Shown piece by piece: positions 1 to 15,000 of a stretch of DNA of 64,000 nt. A model generated the notes under the pieces. That model saw nothing but the letters and a program-made list of their open reading frames with translations, was not told where the DNA came from and made no database searches. Each line of letters opens with the position of its first letter. Positions within the stretch are counted from its first letter, which is position 1. The DNA lies in the NCBI GenBank assembly GCA_964016885.1, contig OZ024740.1, forward strand, positions 433,194,001-433,258,000, written 5' to 3'. A program made the translations under genes and the position numbers. This DNA is from Eledone cirrhosa. Taxonomy: Eukaryota.

Positions 1-3000
1 ATGTTGGTGAGGACTGAGTGTTTTTACAGTAATATGTTGGCGAGGACTGAGTGTTGTTACAGTAATATGTTGGTGAGGACTGAATGTTGTTACAGTGATA
101 TGTTGGTGAGGACTGAGTGTTGTTACAGTAATATGTTGGTGAGGACTGAGTGTTGTTACAGTGATATGTTGGTGAGGACAGAGTGTTGTTACAGTGATAT
201 GTTGGTGAGGACTGAGTGTTGTTACAGTGATATGTTGGTGAGGACAGAGTGTTGTTACAGTGATATGTTGGTGAGGACTGAGTGTTGTTACAGTGATATG
301 TTGGTGAGGACTGAGTGTTGTTACAGTAATATGTTGGTGAGGACTGAGTGTTGTTACAGTAATATGTTGGTGAGGACTGAGTGTTGTTACAGTGATATGT
401 TGGTGAGGACTGAGTGTTGTTACAGTAATATGTTGGTGAGGACTGAGTGTTTTTACAGTAATATGTTGGTGAGGACTGAGTGTTGTTACAGTGATATGTT
501 GGTGAGGACTGAGTGTTGTTACAGTGATATGTTGGTGAGGACTGAGTGTTGTTACAGTAATAGGTTGGTGAGGACTGAGTGTTGTTACAGTGATATGTTG
601 GTGAGGACTGAGTGTTGTTACAGTAATAGGTTGGTGAGGACTGAGTGTTGTTACAGTGATATGTTGGTGAGGACTGAGTGTTGTTACAGTGATATGTTGG
701 TGAGGACTGAGTGTTGTTACAGTGATATGTTGGTGAGGACTGAGTGTTACAGTAATATGTTGGTGAGGACTGAGTGTTGTTACAGTGATATGTTGGTGAG
801 GACTGAGTGTTGTTACAGTGATATGTTGGTGAGGACAGAGTGTTGTTACAGTGATATGTTGGTGAGGACTGAGTGTTGTTACAGTGATAGGTTGGTGAGG
901 ACTGAGTGTTGTTACAGTAATATGTTGGTGAGGACTGAGTGTTGTTACAGTGATATGTTGGTGAGGACTGAGTGTTGTTACAGTGATATGTTGGTGAGGA
1001 CAGAGTGTTGTTACAGTAATATGTTGGTGAGGACTGAGTGTTGTTACAGTGATATGTTGGTGAGGACTGAGTGTTGTTACAGTGATATGTTGGTGAGGAC
1101 AGTGTTGTTACAGTGTTATGTTGGTGAGGACTGAGTGTTGTTACAGTGATATGTTGGTAAGGACTGAGTGTTGTTACAGTAATAGGTTGGTGAGGACTGA
1201 GTGTTGTTACAGTGATATGTTGGTGAGGACTGAGTGTTGTTACAGTGATATGTTGGTGAGGACAGTGTTGTTACAGTGATATGTTGGTGAGGACAGTGTT
1301 GTTACAGTAATATGTTGGTGAGGACTGAGTGTTGTTACAGTGATATGTTGGTGAGGACTGAGTGTTGTTACAGTGATATGTTGGTGAGGACTGAGTGTTG
1401 TTACAGTGATATGTTGGTGAGGACAGTGTTGTTACAGTGATATGTTGGTGAGGACAGTGTTGTTACAGTAATATGTTGGTGAGGACTGAGTGTTGTTACA
1501 GTGATATGTTGGTGAGGACTGAGTGTTGTTACAGTGATATGTTGGTGAGGACTGAGTGTTGTTACAGTGATATGTTGGTGAGGACAGAGTGTTGTTACAG
1601 TGATAGGTTGGTGAGGACTGAGTGTTGTTACAGTAATAGGTTGGTGAGGACTGAGTGTTGTTACAGTGATATGTTGGTGAGGACTGAGTGTTGTTACAGT
1701 AATAGGTTGGTGAGGACTGAGTGTTGTTACAGTGATATGTTGGTGAGGACTGAGTGTTGTTACAGTGATATGTTGGTGAGGACTGAGTGTTGTTACAGTG
1801 ATATGTTGGTGAGGACTGAGTGTTACAGTAATATGTTGGTGAGGACTGAGTGTTGTTACAGTGATATGTTGGTGAGGACTGAGTGTTGTTACAGTGATAT
1901 GTTGGTGAGGACAGAGTGTTGTTACAGTGATATGTTGGTGAGGACTGAGTGTTGTTACAGTGATAGGTTGGTGAGGACTGAGTGTTGTTACAGTAATATG
2001 TTGGTGAGGACTGAGTGTTGTTACAGTAATAGGTTGGTGAGGACTGAGTGTTGTTACAGTGATATGTTGGTGAGGACTGAGTGTTGTTACAGTGATATGT
2101 TGGTGAGGACTGAGTGTTGTTACAGTGATATGTTGGTGAGGACTGAGTGTTGTTACAGTGATATGTTGGTGAGGACTGAGTGTTGTTACAGTGATATGTT
2201 GGTGAGGACAGAGTGTTGTTACAGTAATATGTTGGTGAGGACTGAGTGTTGTTACAGTGATATGTTGGTGAGGACTGAGTGTTGTTACAGTGATATGTTG
2301 GTGAGGACTGAGTGTTGTTACAGTGATATGTTGGTGAGGACAGTGTTGTTACAGTGTTATGTTGGTGAGGACTGAGTGTTGTTACAGTGATATGTTGGTG
2401 AGGACTGAGTGTTGTTACAGTGATATGTTGGTGAGGACTGAGTGTTGTTACAGTGATATGTTGGTGAGGACTGAGTGTTGTTACAGTGATATGTTGGTGA
2501 GGACAGAGTGTTGTTACAGTAATATGTTGGTGAGGACTGAGTGTTGTTACAGTAATAGGTTGGTGAGGACTGAGTGTTGTTACAGTGATATGTTGGTGAG
2601 GACTGAGTGTTGTTACAGTAATATGTTGGTGAGGACTGAGTGTTGTTACAGTAATAGGTTGGTGAGGACTGAGTTTTGTTACAGTGATATGTTGGTGAGG
2701 ACTGAGTGTTGTTACAGTAATATGTTGGTGAGGACTGAGTGTTGTTACAGTGATATGTTGGTGAGGACTGAGTGTTGTTACAGTAATAGGTTGGTGAGGA
2801 CTGAGTGTTGTTACAGTGATATGTTGGTGAGGACAGAGTGTTGTTACAGTAATATGTTGGTGAGGACTGAGTGTTGTTACAGTAATAGGTTGGTGAGGAC
2901 TGAGTGTTGTTACAGTGATATGTTGGTGAGGACTGAGTGTTGTTACAGTAATATGTTGGTGAGGACTGAGTGTTGTTACAGTAATAGGTTGGTGAGGACT

Positions 3001-6000
3001 GAGTGTTGTTACAGTGATATGTTGGTGAGGACTGAGTGTTGTTACAGTGATATGTTGGTGAGGACTGAGTGTTGTTACAGTGATATGTTGGTGAGGACAG
3101 TGTTGTTACAGTGATATGTTGGTGAGGACAGTGTTGTTACAGTAATATGTTGGTGAGGACTGAGTGTTGTTACAGTGATATGTTGGTGAGGACTGAGTGT
3201 TGTTACAGTGATATGTTGGTGAGGACTGAGTGTTGTTACAGTGATATGTTGGTGAGGACAGAGTGTTGTTACAGTGATATGTTGGTGAGGACTGAGTGTT
3301 GGTACAGTAATAGGTTGGTGAGGACTGAGTGTTGTTACAGTGATATGTTGGTAAGGACTGAGTGTTGTTACAGTAATATGTTGGTGAGGACTGAGTGTTG
3401 TTACAGTGATATGTTGGTAAGGACTGAGTGTTGTTACAGTAATATGTTGGTGAGGACTGAGTGTTGTTACAGTGATATGTTGGTGAGGACTGAGTGTTGT
3501 TACAGTGATATGTTGGTGAGGACAGAGTGTTGTTACAGTAATATGTTGGTGAGGACTGAGTGTTGTTACAGTAATATGTTGGTGAGGACTGAGTGTTGTT
3601 ACAGTGATATGTTGGTGAGGACTGAGTGTTGTTACAGTGATATGTTGGTGAGGACTGAGTGTTGTTACAGTGATATGTTGGTGAGGACTGAGTCTTGTTA
3701 CAGTGATATGTTGGTGAGGACTGACTGTTGTTACAGTGATATGTTGGTGAGGACTGAGTGTTGTTACAGTGATATGTTGGTGAGGACTGAGTGTTGTTAC
3801 AGTGATATGTTGGTGAGGACTGACTGTTGTTACAGTGATATGTTGGTGAGGACTGAGTGTTGTTACAGTGATATGTTGGTGAGGACTGACTGTTGTTACA
3901 GTGATATGTTGGTGAGGACTGAGTGTTGTTACAGTGATATGTTGGTGAGGACTGACTGTTGTTACAGTGATATGTTGGTGAGGACTGAGTGTTGTTACAG
4001 TGATATGTTGGTAAGGACTGAGTGTTGTTTCAGTAATAGGTTGGTGAGGACTGAGTGTTGTTACAGTGATATGTTGGTGAGGACTGAGTGTTGTTACAGT
4101 GATATGTTGGTGAGGACAGTGTTGTTACAGTGATATGTTGGTGAGGACAGTGTTGTTACAGTAATATGTTGGTGAGGACTGAGTGTTGTTACAGTGATAT
4201 GTTGGTGAGGACTGAGTGTTGTTACAGTGATATGTTGGTGAGGACTGAGTGTTGTTACAGTGATATGTTGGTGAGGACAGTGTTGTTACAGTGATATGTT
4301 GGTGAGGACAGTGTTGTTACAGTAATATGTTGGTGAGGACTGAGTGTTGTTACAGTGATATGTTGGTGAGGACTGAGTGTTGTTACAGTGATATGTTGGT
4401 GAGGACTGAGTGTTGTTACAGTGATATGTTGGTGAGGACTGAGTGTTGTTACAGTGATATGTTGGTGAGGACTGAGTGTTGTTACAGTGATATGTTGGTG
4501 AGGACAGAGTGTTGTTACAGTGATAGGTTGGTGAGGACTGAGTGTTGTTACAGTAATAGGTTGGTGAGGACTGAGTGTTGTTACAGTGATATGTTGGTGA
4601 GGACTGAGTGTTGTTACAGTAATAGGTTGGTGAGGACTGAGTGTTGTTACAGTGATATGTTGGTGAGGACTGAGTGTTGTTACAGTGATATGTTGGTGAG
4701 GACTGAGTGTTGTTACAGTGATATGTTGGTGAGGACTGAGTGTTACAGTAATATGTTGGTGAGGACTGAGTGTTGTTACAGTGATATGTTGGTGAGGACT
4801 GAGTGTTGTTACAGTGATATGTTGGTGAGGACAGAGTGTTGTTACAGTGATATGTTGGTGAGGACTGAGTGTTGTTACAGTGATAGGTTGGTGAGGACTG
4901 AGTGTTGTTACAGTAATAGGTTGGTGAGGACTGAGTGTTGTTACAGTGATATGTTGGTGAGGACTGAGTGTTGTTACAGTGATATGTTGGTGAGGACAGA
5001 GTGTTGTTACAGTAATATGTTGGTGAGGACTGAGTGTTGTTACAGTGATATGTTGGTGAGGACTGAGTGTTGTTACAGTGATATGTTGGTGAGGACTGAG
5101 TGTTGTTACAGTGATATGTTGGTGAGGACAGTGTTGTTACAGTGTTATGTTGGTGAGGACTGAGTGTTGTTACAGTGATATGTTGGTGAGGACTGAGTGT
5201 TGTTACAGTGATATGTTGGTGAGGACTGAGTGTTGTTACAGTGATATGTTGGTGAGGACTGAGTGTTGTTACAGTGATATGTTGGTGAGGACTGAGTGTT
5301 GTTACAGTGATATGTTGGTGAGGACTGAGTGTTGTTACAGTAATATGTTGGTGAGGACTGAGTGTTGTTACAGTGATATGTTGGTGAGGACTGAGTGTTG
5401 TTACAGTAATAGGTTGGTGAGGACTGAGTGTTGTTACAGTGATATGTTGGTGAGGACTGAGTGTTGTTACAGTAATAGGTTGGTGAGGACTGAGTGTTGT
5501 TACAGTGATATGTTGGTGAGGACTGAGTGTTGTTACAGTGATATGTTGGTGAGGACTGAGTGTTGTTACAGTGATATGTTGGTGAGGACTGAGTGTTGTT
5601 ACAGTAATATGTTGGTGAGGACTGAGTGTTGTTACAGTGATATGTTGGTGAGGACTGAGTGTTGTTACAGTAATAGGTTGGTGAGGACTGAGTGTTGTTA
5701 CAGTGATATGTTGGTGAGGACTGAGTGTTGTTACAGTAATAGGTTGGTGAGGACTGAGTGTTGTTACAGTGATATGTTGGTGAGGACTGAGTGTTGTTAC
5801 AGTGATATGTTGGTGAGGACAGTGTTGTTACAGTGATATGTTGGTGAGGACAGTGTTGTTACAGTAATATGTTGGTGAGGACTGAGTGTTGTTACAGTGA
5901 TATGTTGGTGAGGACTGAGTGTTGTTACAGTGATATGTTGGTGAGGACTGAGTGTTGTTACAGTGATATGTTGGTGAGGACAGTGTTGTTACAGTGATAT

Positions 6001-9000
6001 GTTGGTGAGGACAGTGTTGTTACAGTGATATGTTGGTGAGGACTGAGTGTTGTTACAGTGATATGTTGGTGAGGACTGAGTGTTGTTACAGTGATATGTT
6101 GGTGAGGACTGAGTGTTGTTACAGTGATATGTTGGTGAGGACAGAGTGTTGTTACAGTGATATGTTGGTGAGGACTGAGTGTTGGTACAGTAATAGGTTG
6201 GTGAGGACTGAGTGTTGTTACAGTGATATGTTGGTAAGGACTGAGTGTTGTTACAGTAATATGTTGGTGAGGACTGAGTGTTGTTACAGTGATATGTTGG
6301 TAAGGACTGAGTGTTGTTACAGTAATATGTTGGTGAGGACTGAGTGTTGTTACAGTGATATGTTGGTGAGGACTGAGTGTTGTTACAGTGATATGTTGGT
6401 GAGGACAGAGTGTTGTTACAGTAATATGTTGGTGAGGACTGAGTGTTGTTACAGTAATATGTTGGTGAGGACTGAGTGTTGTTACAGTGATATGTTGGTG
6501 AGGACTGAGTGTTGTTACAGTGATATGTTGGTGAGGACTGAGTCTTGTTACAGTGATATGTTGGTGAGGACTGACTGTTGTTACAGTGATATGTTGGTGA
6601 GGACTGAGTGTTGTTACAGTGATATGTTGGTGAGGACTGAGTGTTGTTACAGTGATATGTTGGTGAGGACTGACTGTTGTTACAGTGATATGTTGGTGAG
6701 GACTGAGTGTTGTTACAGTGATATGTTGGTGAGGACTGACTGTTGTTACAGTGATATGTTGGTGAGGACTGAGTGTTGTTACAGTAATATGTTGGTGAGG
6801 ACAGTGTTGTTACAGTAATATGTTGGTGAGGACTGAGTGTTGTTACAGTAATATGTTGGTGAGGACAGAGTGTTGTTACAGTAATATGTTGGTGAGGACT
6901 GAGTGTTGTTACAGTAATATGTTGGTGAGGACTGAGTGTTGTTACAGTAATATGTTGGTGAGGACAGAGTGTTGTTACAGTAATATGTTGGTGAGGACTG
7001 AGTGTTGTTACAGTAATAGGTTGGTGAGGACTGAGTGTTGTTACAGTGATATGTTGGTGAGGACAGAGTGTTGTTACAGAAATATGTTGGTGAGGACTGA
7101 GTGTTGTTACAGTGATATGTTGGTGAGGACTGAGTGTTGTTACAGTGATAGGTTGGTGAGGACTGAGTGTTGTTACAGTAATAGGTTGGTGAGGACTGAG
7201 TGTTGTTACAGTGATATGTTGGTGAGGACAGAGTGTTGTTACAGTGATATGTTGGTGAGGACTGAGTGTTGTTACAGTAATATGTTGGTGAGGACTGAGT
7301 GTTGTTACAGTGATATGTTGGTGAGGACTGAGTGTTGTTACAGTGATATGTTGGTGAGGACTGAGTGTTGTTACAGTGATATGTTGGTGAGGACTGAGTG
7401 TTGTTACAGTAATGTTGGTGAGGACTGAGTGTTGTTACAGTGATATGTTGGTGAGGACTGAGTGTTGTTACAGTAATATGTTGGTGAGGACTGAGTGTTG
7501 TTACAGTAATATGTTGGTGAGGACTGAGTGTTGTTACAGTGATATGTTGGTGAGGACTGAGTGTTGTTACAGTGATATGTTGGTGAGGACTGAGTGTTGT
7601 TACAGTGATATGTTGGTGAGGACTGAGTGTTGTTACAGTGATATGTTGGTGAGGACTGAGTGTTACAGTGATAGGTTGGTGAGGACTGAGTGTTGTTACA
7701 GTAATATGTTGGTGAGGACTGAGTGTTGTTACAGTGATATGTTGGTGAGGACTGAGTGTTGTTACAGTGATATGTTGGTGAGGACTGAGTGTTGTTACAG
7801 TGATATGTTGGTGAGGACTGAGTGTTGTTACAGTGATATGTTGGTGAGGACTGAGTGTTGTTACAGTGATATGTTGGTGAGGACTGAGTGTTGTTACAGT
7901 AATAGGTTGGTGAGGACTGAGTGTTGTTACAGTAATAGGTTGGTGAGGACTGAGTGTTGTTACAGTAATATGTTGGTGAGGACTGAGTGTTGTTACAGTG
8001 ATATGTTGGTGAGGACTGAGTGTTGTTACAGTGATATGTTGGTGAGGACTGAGTGTTTTTACAGTAATATGTTGGTGAGGACTGAGTGTTGTTACAGTAA
8101 TATGTTGGTGAGGACTGAATGTTGTTACAGTGATATGTTGGTGAGGACTGAGTGTTGTTACAGTAATATGTTGGTGAGGACTGAGTGTTGTTACAGTGAT
8201 ATGTTGGTGAGGACAGAGTGTTGTTACAGTGATATGTTGGTGAGGACTGAGTGTTGTTACAGTGATATGTTGGTGAGGACAGAGTGTTGTTACAGTGATA
8301 TGTTGGTGAGGACTGAGTGTTGTTACAGTGATATGTTGGTGAGGACTGAGTGTTGTTACAGTAATATGTTGGTGAGGACTGAGTGTTGTTACAGTAATAT
8401 GTTGGTGAGGACTGAGTGTTGTTACAGTGATATGTTGGTGAGGACTGAGTGTTGTTACAGTAATATGTTGGTGAGGACTGAGTGTTTTTACAGTAATATG
8501 TTGGTGAGGACTGAGTGTTGTTACAGTGATATGTTGGTGAGGACTGAGTGTTGTTACAGTGATATGTTGGTGAGGACTGAGTGTTGTTACAGTAATAGGT
8601 TGGTGAGGACTGAGTGTTGTTACAGTGATATGTTGGTGAGGACTGAGTGTTGTTACAGTAATAGGTTGGTGAGGACTGAGTGTTGTTACAGTGATATGTT
8701 GGTGAGGACTGAGTGTTGTTACAGTGATATGTTGGTGAGGACTGAGTGTTGTTACAGTGATATGTTGGTGAGGACTGAGTGTTACAGTAATATGTTGGTG
8801 AGGACTGAGTGTTGTTACAGTGATATGTTGGTGAGGACTGAGTGTTGTTACAGTGATATGTTGGTGAGGACAGAGTGTTGTTACAGTGATATGTTGGTGA
8901 GGACTGAGTGTTGTTACAGTGATAGGTTGGTGAGGACTGAGTGTTGTTACAGTAATATGTTGGTGAGGACTGAGTGTTGTTACAGTGATATGTTGGTGAG

Positions 9001-12000
9001 GACTGAGTGTTGTTACAGTGATATGTTGGTGAGGACAGAGTGTTGTTACAGTAATATGTTGGTGAGGACTGAGTGTTGTTACAGTGATATGTTGGTGAGG
9101 ACTGAGTGTTGTTACAGTGATATGTTGGTGAGGACAGAGTGTTGTTACAGTAATATGTTGGTGAGGACTGAGTGTTGTTACAGTGATATGTTGGTGAGGA
9201 CTGAGTGTTGTTACAGTGATATGTTGGTGAGGACTGAGTGTTGTTACAGTGATATGTTGGTGAGGACAGTGTTGTTACAGTGTTATGTTGGTGAGGACTG
9301 AGTGTTGTTACAGTGATATGTTGGTAAGGACTGAGTGTTGTTACAGTAATAGGTTGGTGAGGACTGAGTGTTGTTACAGTGATATGTTGGTGAGGACTGA
9401 GTGTTGTTACAGTGATATGTTGGTGAGGACAGTGTTGTTACAGTGATATGTTGGTGAGGACAGTGTTGTTACAGTAATATGTTGGTGAGGACTGAGTGTT
9501 GTTACAGTGATATGTTGGTGAGGACTGAGTGTTGTTACAGTGATATGTTGGTGAGGACTGAGTGTTGTTACAGTGATATGTTGGTGAGGACAGTGTTGTT
9601 ACAGTGATATGTTGGTGAGGACAGTGTTGTTACAGTAATATGTTGGTGAGGACTGAGTGTTGTTACAGTGATATGTTGGTGAGGACTGAGTGTTGTTACA
9701 GTGATATGTTGGTGAGGACTGAGTGTTGTTACAGTGATATGTTGGTGAGGACAGAGTGTTGTTACAGTGATAGGTTGGTGAGGACTGAGTGTTGTTACAG
9801 TAATAGGTTGGTGAGGACTGAGTGTTGTTACAGTGATATGTTGGTGAGGACTGAGTGTTGTTACAGTAATAGGTTGGTGAGGACTGAGTGTTGTTACAGT
9901 GATATGTTGGTGAGGACTGAGTGTTGTTACAGTGATATGTTGGTGAGGACTGAGTGTTGTTACAGTGATATGTTGGTGAGGACTGAGTGTTACAGTAATA
10001 TGTTGGTGAGGACTGAGTGTTGTTACAGTGATATGTTGGTGAGGACTGAGTGTTGTTACAGTGATATGTTGGTGAGGACAGAGTGTTGTTACAGTGATAT
10101 GTTGGTGAGGACTGAGTGTTGTTACAGTGATAGGTTGGTGAGGACTGAGTGTTGTTACAGTAATATGTTGGTGAGGACTGAGTGTTGTTACAGTAATAGG
10201 TTGGTGAGGACTGAGTGTTGTTACAGTGATATGTTGGTGAGGACTGAGTGTTGTTACAGTGATATGTTGGTGAGGACTGAGTGTTGTTACAGTGATATGT
10301 TGGTGAGGACTGAGTGTTGTTACAGTGATATGTTGGTGAGGACTGAGTGTTGTTACAGTGATATGTTGGTGAGGACAGAGTGTTGTTACAGTAATATGTT
10401 GGTGAGGACTGAGTGTTGTTACAGTGATATGTTGGTGAGGACTGAGTGTTGTTACAGTGATATGTTGGTGAGGACTGAGTGTTGTTACAGTGATATGTTG
10501 GTGAGGACAGTGTTGTTACAGTGTTATGTTGGTGAGGACTGAGTGTTGTTACAGTGATATGTTGGTGAGGACTGAGTGTTGTTACAGTGATATGTTGGTG
10601 AGGACTGAGTGTTGTTACAGTGATATGTTGGTGAGGACTGAGTGTTGTTACAGTGATATGTTGGTGAGGACAGAGTGTTGTTACAGTAATATGTTGGTGA
10701 GGACTGAGTGTTGTTACAGTAATAGGTTGGTGAGGACTGAGTGTTGTTACAGTGATATGTTGGTGAGGACTGAGTGTTGTTACAGTAATATGTTGGTGAG
10801 GACTGAGTGTTGTTACAGTAATAGGTTGGTGAGGACTGAGTGTTGTTACAGTGATATGTTGGTGAGGACTGAGTGTTGTTACAGTAATATGTTGGTGAGG
10901 ACTGAGTGTTGTTACAGTGATATGTTGGTGAGGACTGAGTGTTGTTACAGTAATAGGTTGGTGAGGACTGAGTGTTGTTACAGTGATATGTTGGTGAGGA
11001 CAGAGTGTTGTTACAGTAATATGTTGGTGAGGACTGAGTGTTGTTACAGTAATAGGTTGGTGAGGACTGAGTGTTGTTACAGTGATATGTTGGTGAGGAC
11101 TGAGTGTTGTTACAGTAATATGTTGGTGAGGACTGAGTGTTGTTACAGTAATAGGTTGGTGAGGACTGAGTGTTGTTACAGTGATATGTTGGTGAGGACA
11201 GAGTGTTGTTACAGTAATATGTTGGTGAGGACTGAGTGTTGTTACAGTAATAGGTTGGTGAGGACTGAGTGTTGTTACAGTGATATGTTGGTGAGGACTG
11301 AGTGTTGTTACAGTAATATGTTGGTGAGGACTGAGTGTTGTTACAGTAATAGGTTAGTGAGGACTGAGTGTTGTTACAGTAATATGTTGGTGAGGACTGA
11401 GTGTTGTTACAGTGATAGGTTGGTGAGGACTGAGTGTTGTTACAGTAATATGTTGGTGAGGACTGAGTGTTGTTACAGTAATAGGTTGGTGAGGACTGAG
11501 TGTTGTTACAGTGATATGTTGGTGAGGACTGAGTGTTGTTACAGTGATATGTTGGTGAGGACTGAGTGTTGTTACAGTGATATGTTGGTGAGGACTGAGT
11601 GTTGTTACAGTGATATGTTGGTGAGGACTGAGTGTTGTTACAGTGATATGTTGGTGAGGACAGAGTGTTGTTACAGTAATATGTTGGTGAGGACTGAGTG
11701 TTGTTACAGTGATATGTTGGTGAGGACTGAGTGTTGTTACAGTGATATGTTGGTGAGGACTGAGTGTTGTTACAGTGATATGTTGGTGAGGACAGTGTTG
11801 TTACAGTGTTATGTTGGTGAGGACTGAGTGTTGTTACAGTGATATGTTGGTGAGGACTGAGTGTTGTTACAGTGATATGTTGGTGAGGACTGAGTGTTGT
11901 TACAGTGATATGTTGGTGAGGACTGAGTGTTGTTACAGTGATATGTTGGTGAGGACTGAGTGTTGTTACAGTGATATGTTGGTGAGGACTGAGTGTTGTT

Positions 12001-15000
12001 ACAGTAATATGTTGGTGAGGACTGAGTGTTGTTACAGTGATATGTTGGTGAGGACTGAGTGTTGTTACAGTAATAGGTTGGTGAGGACTGAGTGTTGTTA
12101 CAGTGATATGTTGGTGAGGACTGAGTGTTGTTACAGTAATAGGTTGGTGAGGACTGAGTGTTGTTACAGTGATATGTTGGTGAGGACTGAGTGTTGTTAC
12201 AGTGATATGTTGGTGAGGACTGAGTGTTGTTACAGTGATATGTTGGTGAGGACTGAGTGTTGTTACAGTAATATGTTGGTGAGGACTGAGTGTTGTTACA
12301 GTGATATGTTGGTGAGGACTGAATGTTGTTACAGTAATAGGTTGGTGAGGACTGAGTGTTGTTACAGTGATATGTTGGTGAGGACTGAGTGTTGTTACAG
12401 TAATAGGTTGGTGAGGACTGAGTGTTGTTACAGTGATATGTTGGTGAGGACTGAGTGTTGTTACAGTGATATGTTGGTGAGGACAGTGTTGTTACAGTGA
12501 TATGTTGGTGAGGACAGTGTTGTTACAGTAATATGTTGGTGAGGACTGAGTGTTGTTACAGTGATATGTTGGTGAGGACTGAGTGTTGTTACAGTGATAT
12601 GTTGGTGAGGACTGAGTGTTGTTACAGTGATATGTTGGTGAGGACAGTGTTGTTACAGTGATATGTTGGTGAGGACAGTGTTGTTACAGTAATATGTTGG
12701 TGAGGACTGAGTGTTGTTACAGTGATATGTTGGTGAGGACTGAGTGTTGTTACAGTGATATGTTGGTGAGGACTGAGTGTTGTTACAGTGATATGTTGGT
12801 GAGGACAGAGTGTTGTTACAGTGATATGTTGGTGAGGACTGAGTGTTGGTACAGTAATAGGTTGGTGAGGACTGAGTGTTGTTACAGTGATATGTTGGTA
12901 AGGACTGAGTGTTGTTACAGTAATATGTTGGTGAGGACTGAGTGTTGTTACAGTGATATGTTGGTAAGGACTGAGTGTTGTTACAGTAATATGTTGGTGA
13001 GGACTGAGTGTTGTTACAGTGATATGTTGGTGAGGACTGAGTGTTGTTACAGTGATATGTTGGTGAGGACAGAGTGTTGTTACAGTAATATGTTGGTGAG
13101 GACTGAGTGTTGTTACAGTAATATGTTGGTGAGGACTGAGTGTTGTTACAGTGATATGTTGGTGAGGACTGAGTGTTGTTACAGTGATATGTTGGTGAGG
13201 ACTGAGTGTTGTTACAGTGATATGTTGGTGAGGACTGAGTCTTGTTACAGTGATATGTTGGTGAGGACTGACTGTTGTTACAGTGATATGTTGGTGAGGA
13301 CTGAGTGTTGTTACAGTGATATGTTGGTGAGGACTGAGTGTTGTTACAGTGATATGTTGGTGAGGACTGACTGTTGTTACAGTGATATGTTGGTGAGGAC
13401 TGAGTGTTGTTACAGTGATATGTTGGTGAGGACTGACTGTTGTTACAGTGATATGTTGGTGAGGACTGAGTGTTGTTACAGTGATATGTTGGTGAGGACT
13501 GACTGTTGTTACAGTGATATGTTGGTGAGGACTGAGTGTTGTTACAGTGATATGTTGGTAAGGACTGAGTGTTGTTACAGTAATAGGTTGGTGAGGACTG
13601 AGTGTTGTTACAGTGATATGTTGGTGAGGACTGAGTGTTGTTACAGTGATATGTTGGTGAGGACAGTGTTGTTACAGTGATATGTTGGTGAGGACAGTGT
13701 TGTTACAGTAATATGTTGGTGAGGACTGAGTGTTGTTACAGTGATATGTTGGTGAGGACTGAGTGTTGTTACAGTGATATGTTGGTGAGGACTGAGTGTT
13801 GTTACAGTGATATGTTGGTGAGGACAGTGTTGTTACAGTGATATGTTGGTGAGGACAGTGTTGTTACAGTAATATGTTGGTGAGGACTGAGTGTTGTTAC
13901 AGTGATATGTTGGTGAGGACTGAGTGTTGTTACAGTGATATGTTGGTGAGGACTGAGTGTTGTTACAGTGATATGTTGGTGAGGACTGAGTGTTGTTACA
14001 GTGATATGTTGGTGAGGACTGAGTGTTGTTACAGTGATATGTTGGTGAGGACAGAGTGTTGTTACAGTGATAGGTTGGTGAGGACTGAGTGTTGTTACAG
14101 TAATAGGTTGGTGAGGACTGAGTGTTGTTACAGTGATATGTTGGTGAGGACTGAGTGTTGTTACAGTAATAGGTTGGTGAGGACTGAGTGTTGTTACAGT
14201 GATATGTTGGTGAGGACTGAGTGTTGTTACAGTGATATGTTGGTGAGGACTGAGTGTTGTTACAGTGATATGTTGGTGAGGACTGAGTGTTACAGTAATA
14301 TGTTGGTGAGGACTGAGTGTTGTTACAGTGATATGTTGGTGAGGACTGAGTGTTGTTACAGTGATATGTTGGTGAGGACAGAGTGTTGTTACAGTGATAT
14401 GTTGGTGAGGACTGAGTGTTGTTACAGTGATAGGTTGGTGAGGACTGAGTGTTGTTACAGTAATAGGTTGGTGAGGACTGAGTGTTGTTACAGTGATATG
14501 TTGGTGAGGACTGAGTGTTGTTACAGTGATATGTTGGTGAGGACAGAGTGTTGTTACAGTAATATGTTGGTGAGGACTGAGTGTTGTTACAGTGATATGT
14601 TGGTGAGGACTGAGTGTTGTTACAGTGATATGTTGGTGAGGACTGAGTGTTGTTACAGTGATATGTTGGTGAGGACAGTGTTGTTACAGTGTTATGTTGG
14701 TGAGGACTGAGTGTTGTTACAGTGATATGTTGGTGAGGACTGAGTGTTGTTACAGTGATATGTTGGTGAGGACTGAGTGTTGTTACAGTGATATGTTGGT
14801 GAGGACTGAGTGTTGTTACAGTGATATGTTGGTGAGGACTGAGTGTTGTTACAGTGATATGTTGGTGAGGACTGAGTGTTGTTACAGTAATATGTTGGTG
14901 AGGACTGAGTGTTGTTACAGTGATATGTTGGTGAGGACTGAGTGTTGTTACAGTAATAGGTTGGTGAGGACTGAGTGTTGTTACAGTGATATGTTGGTGA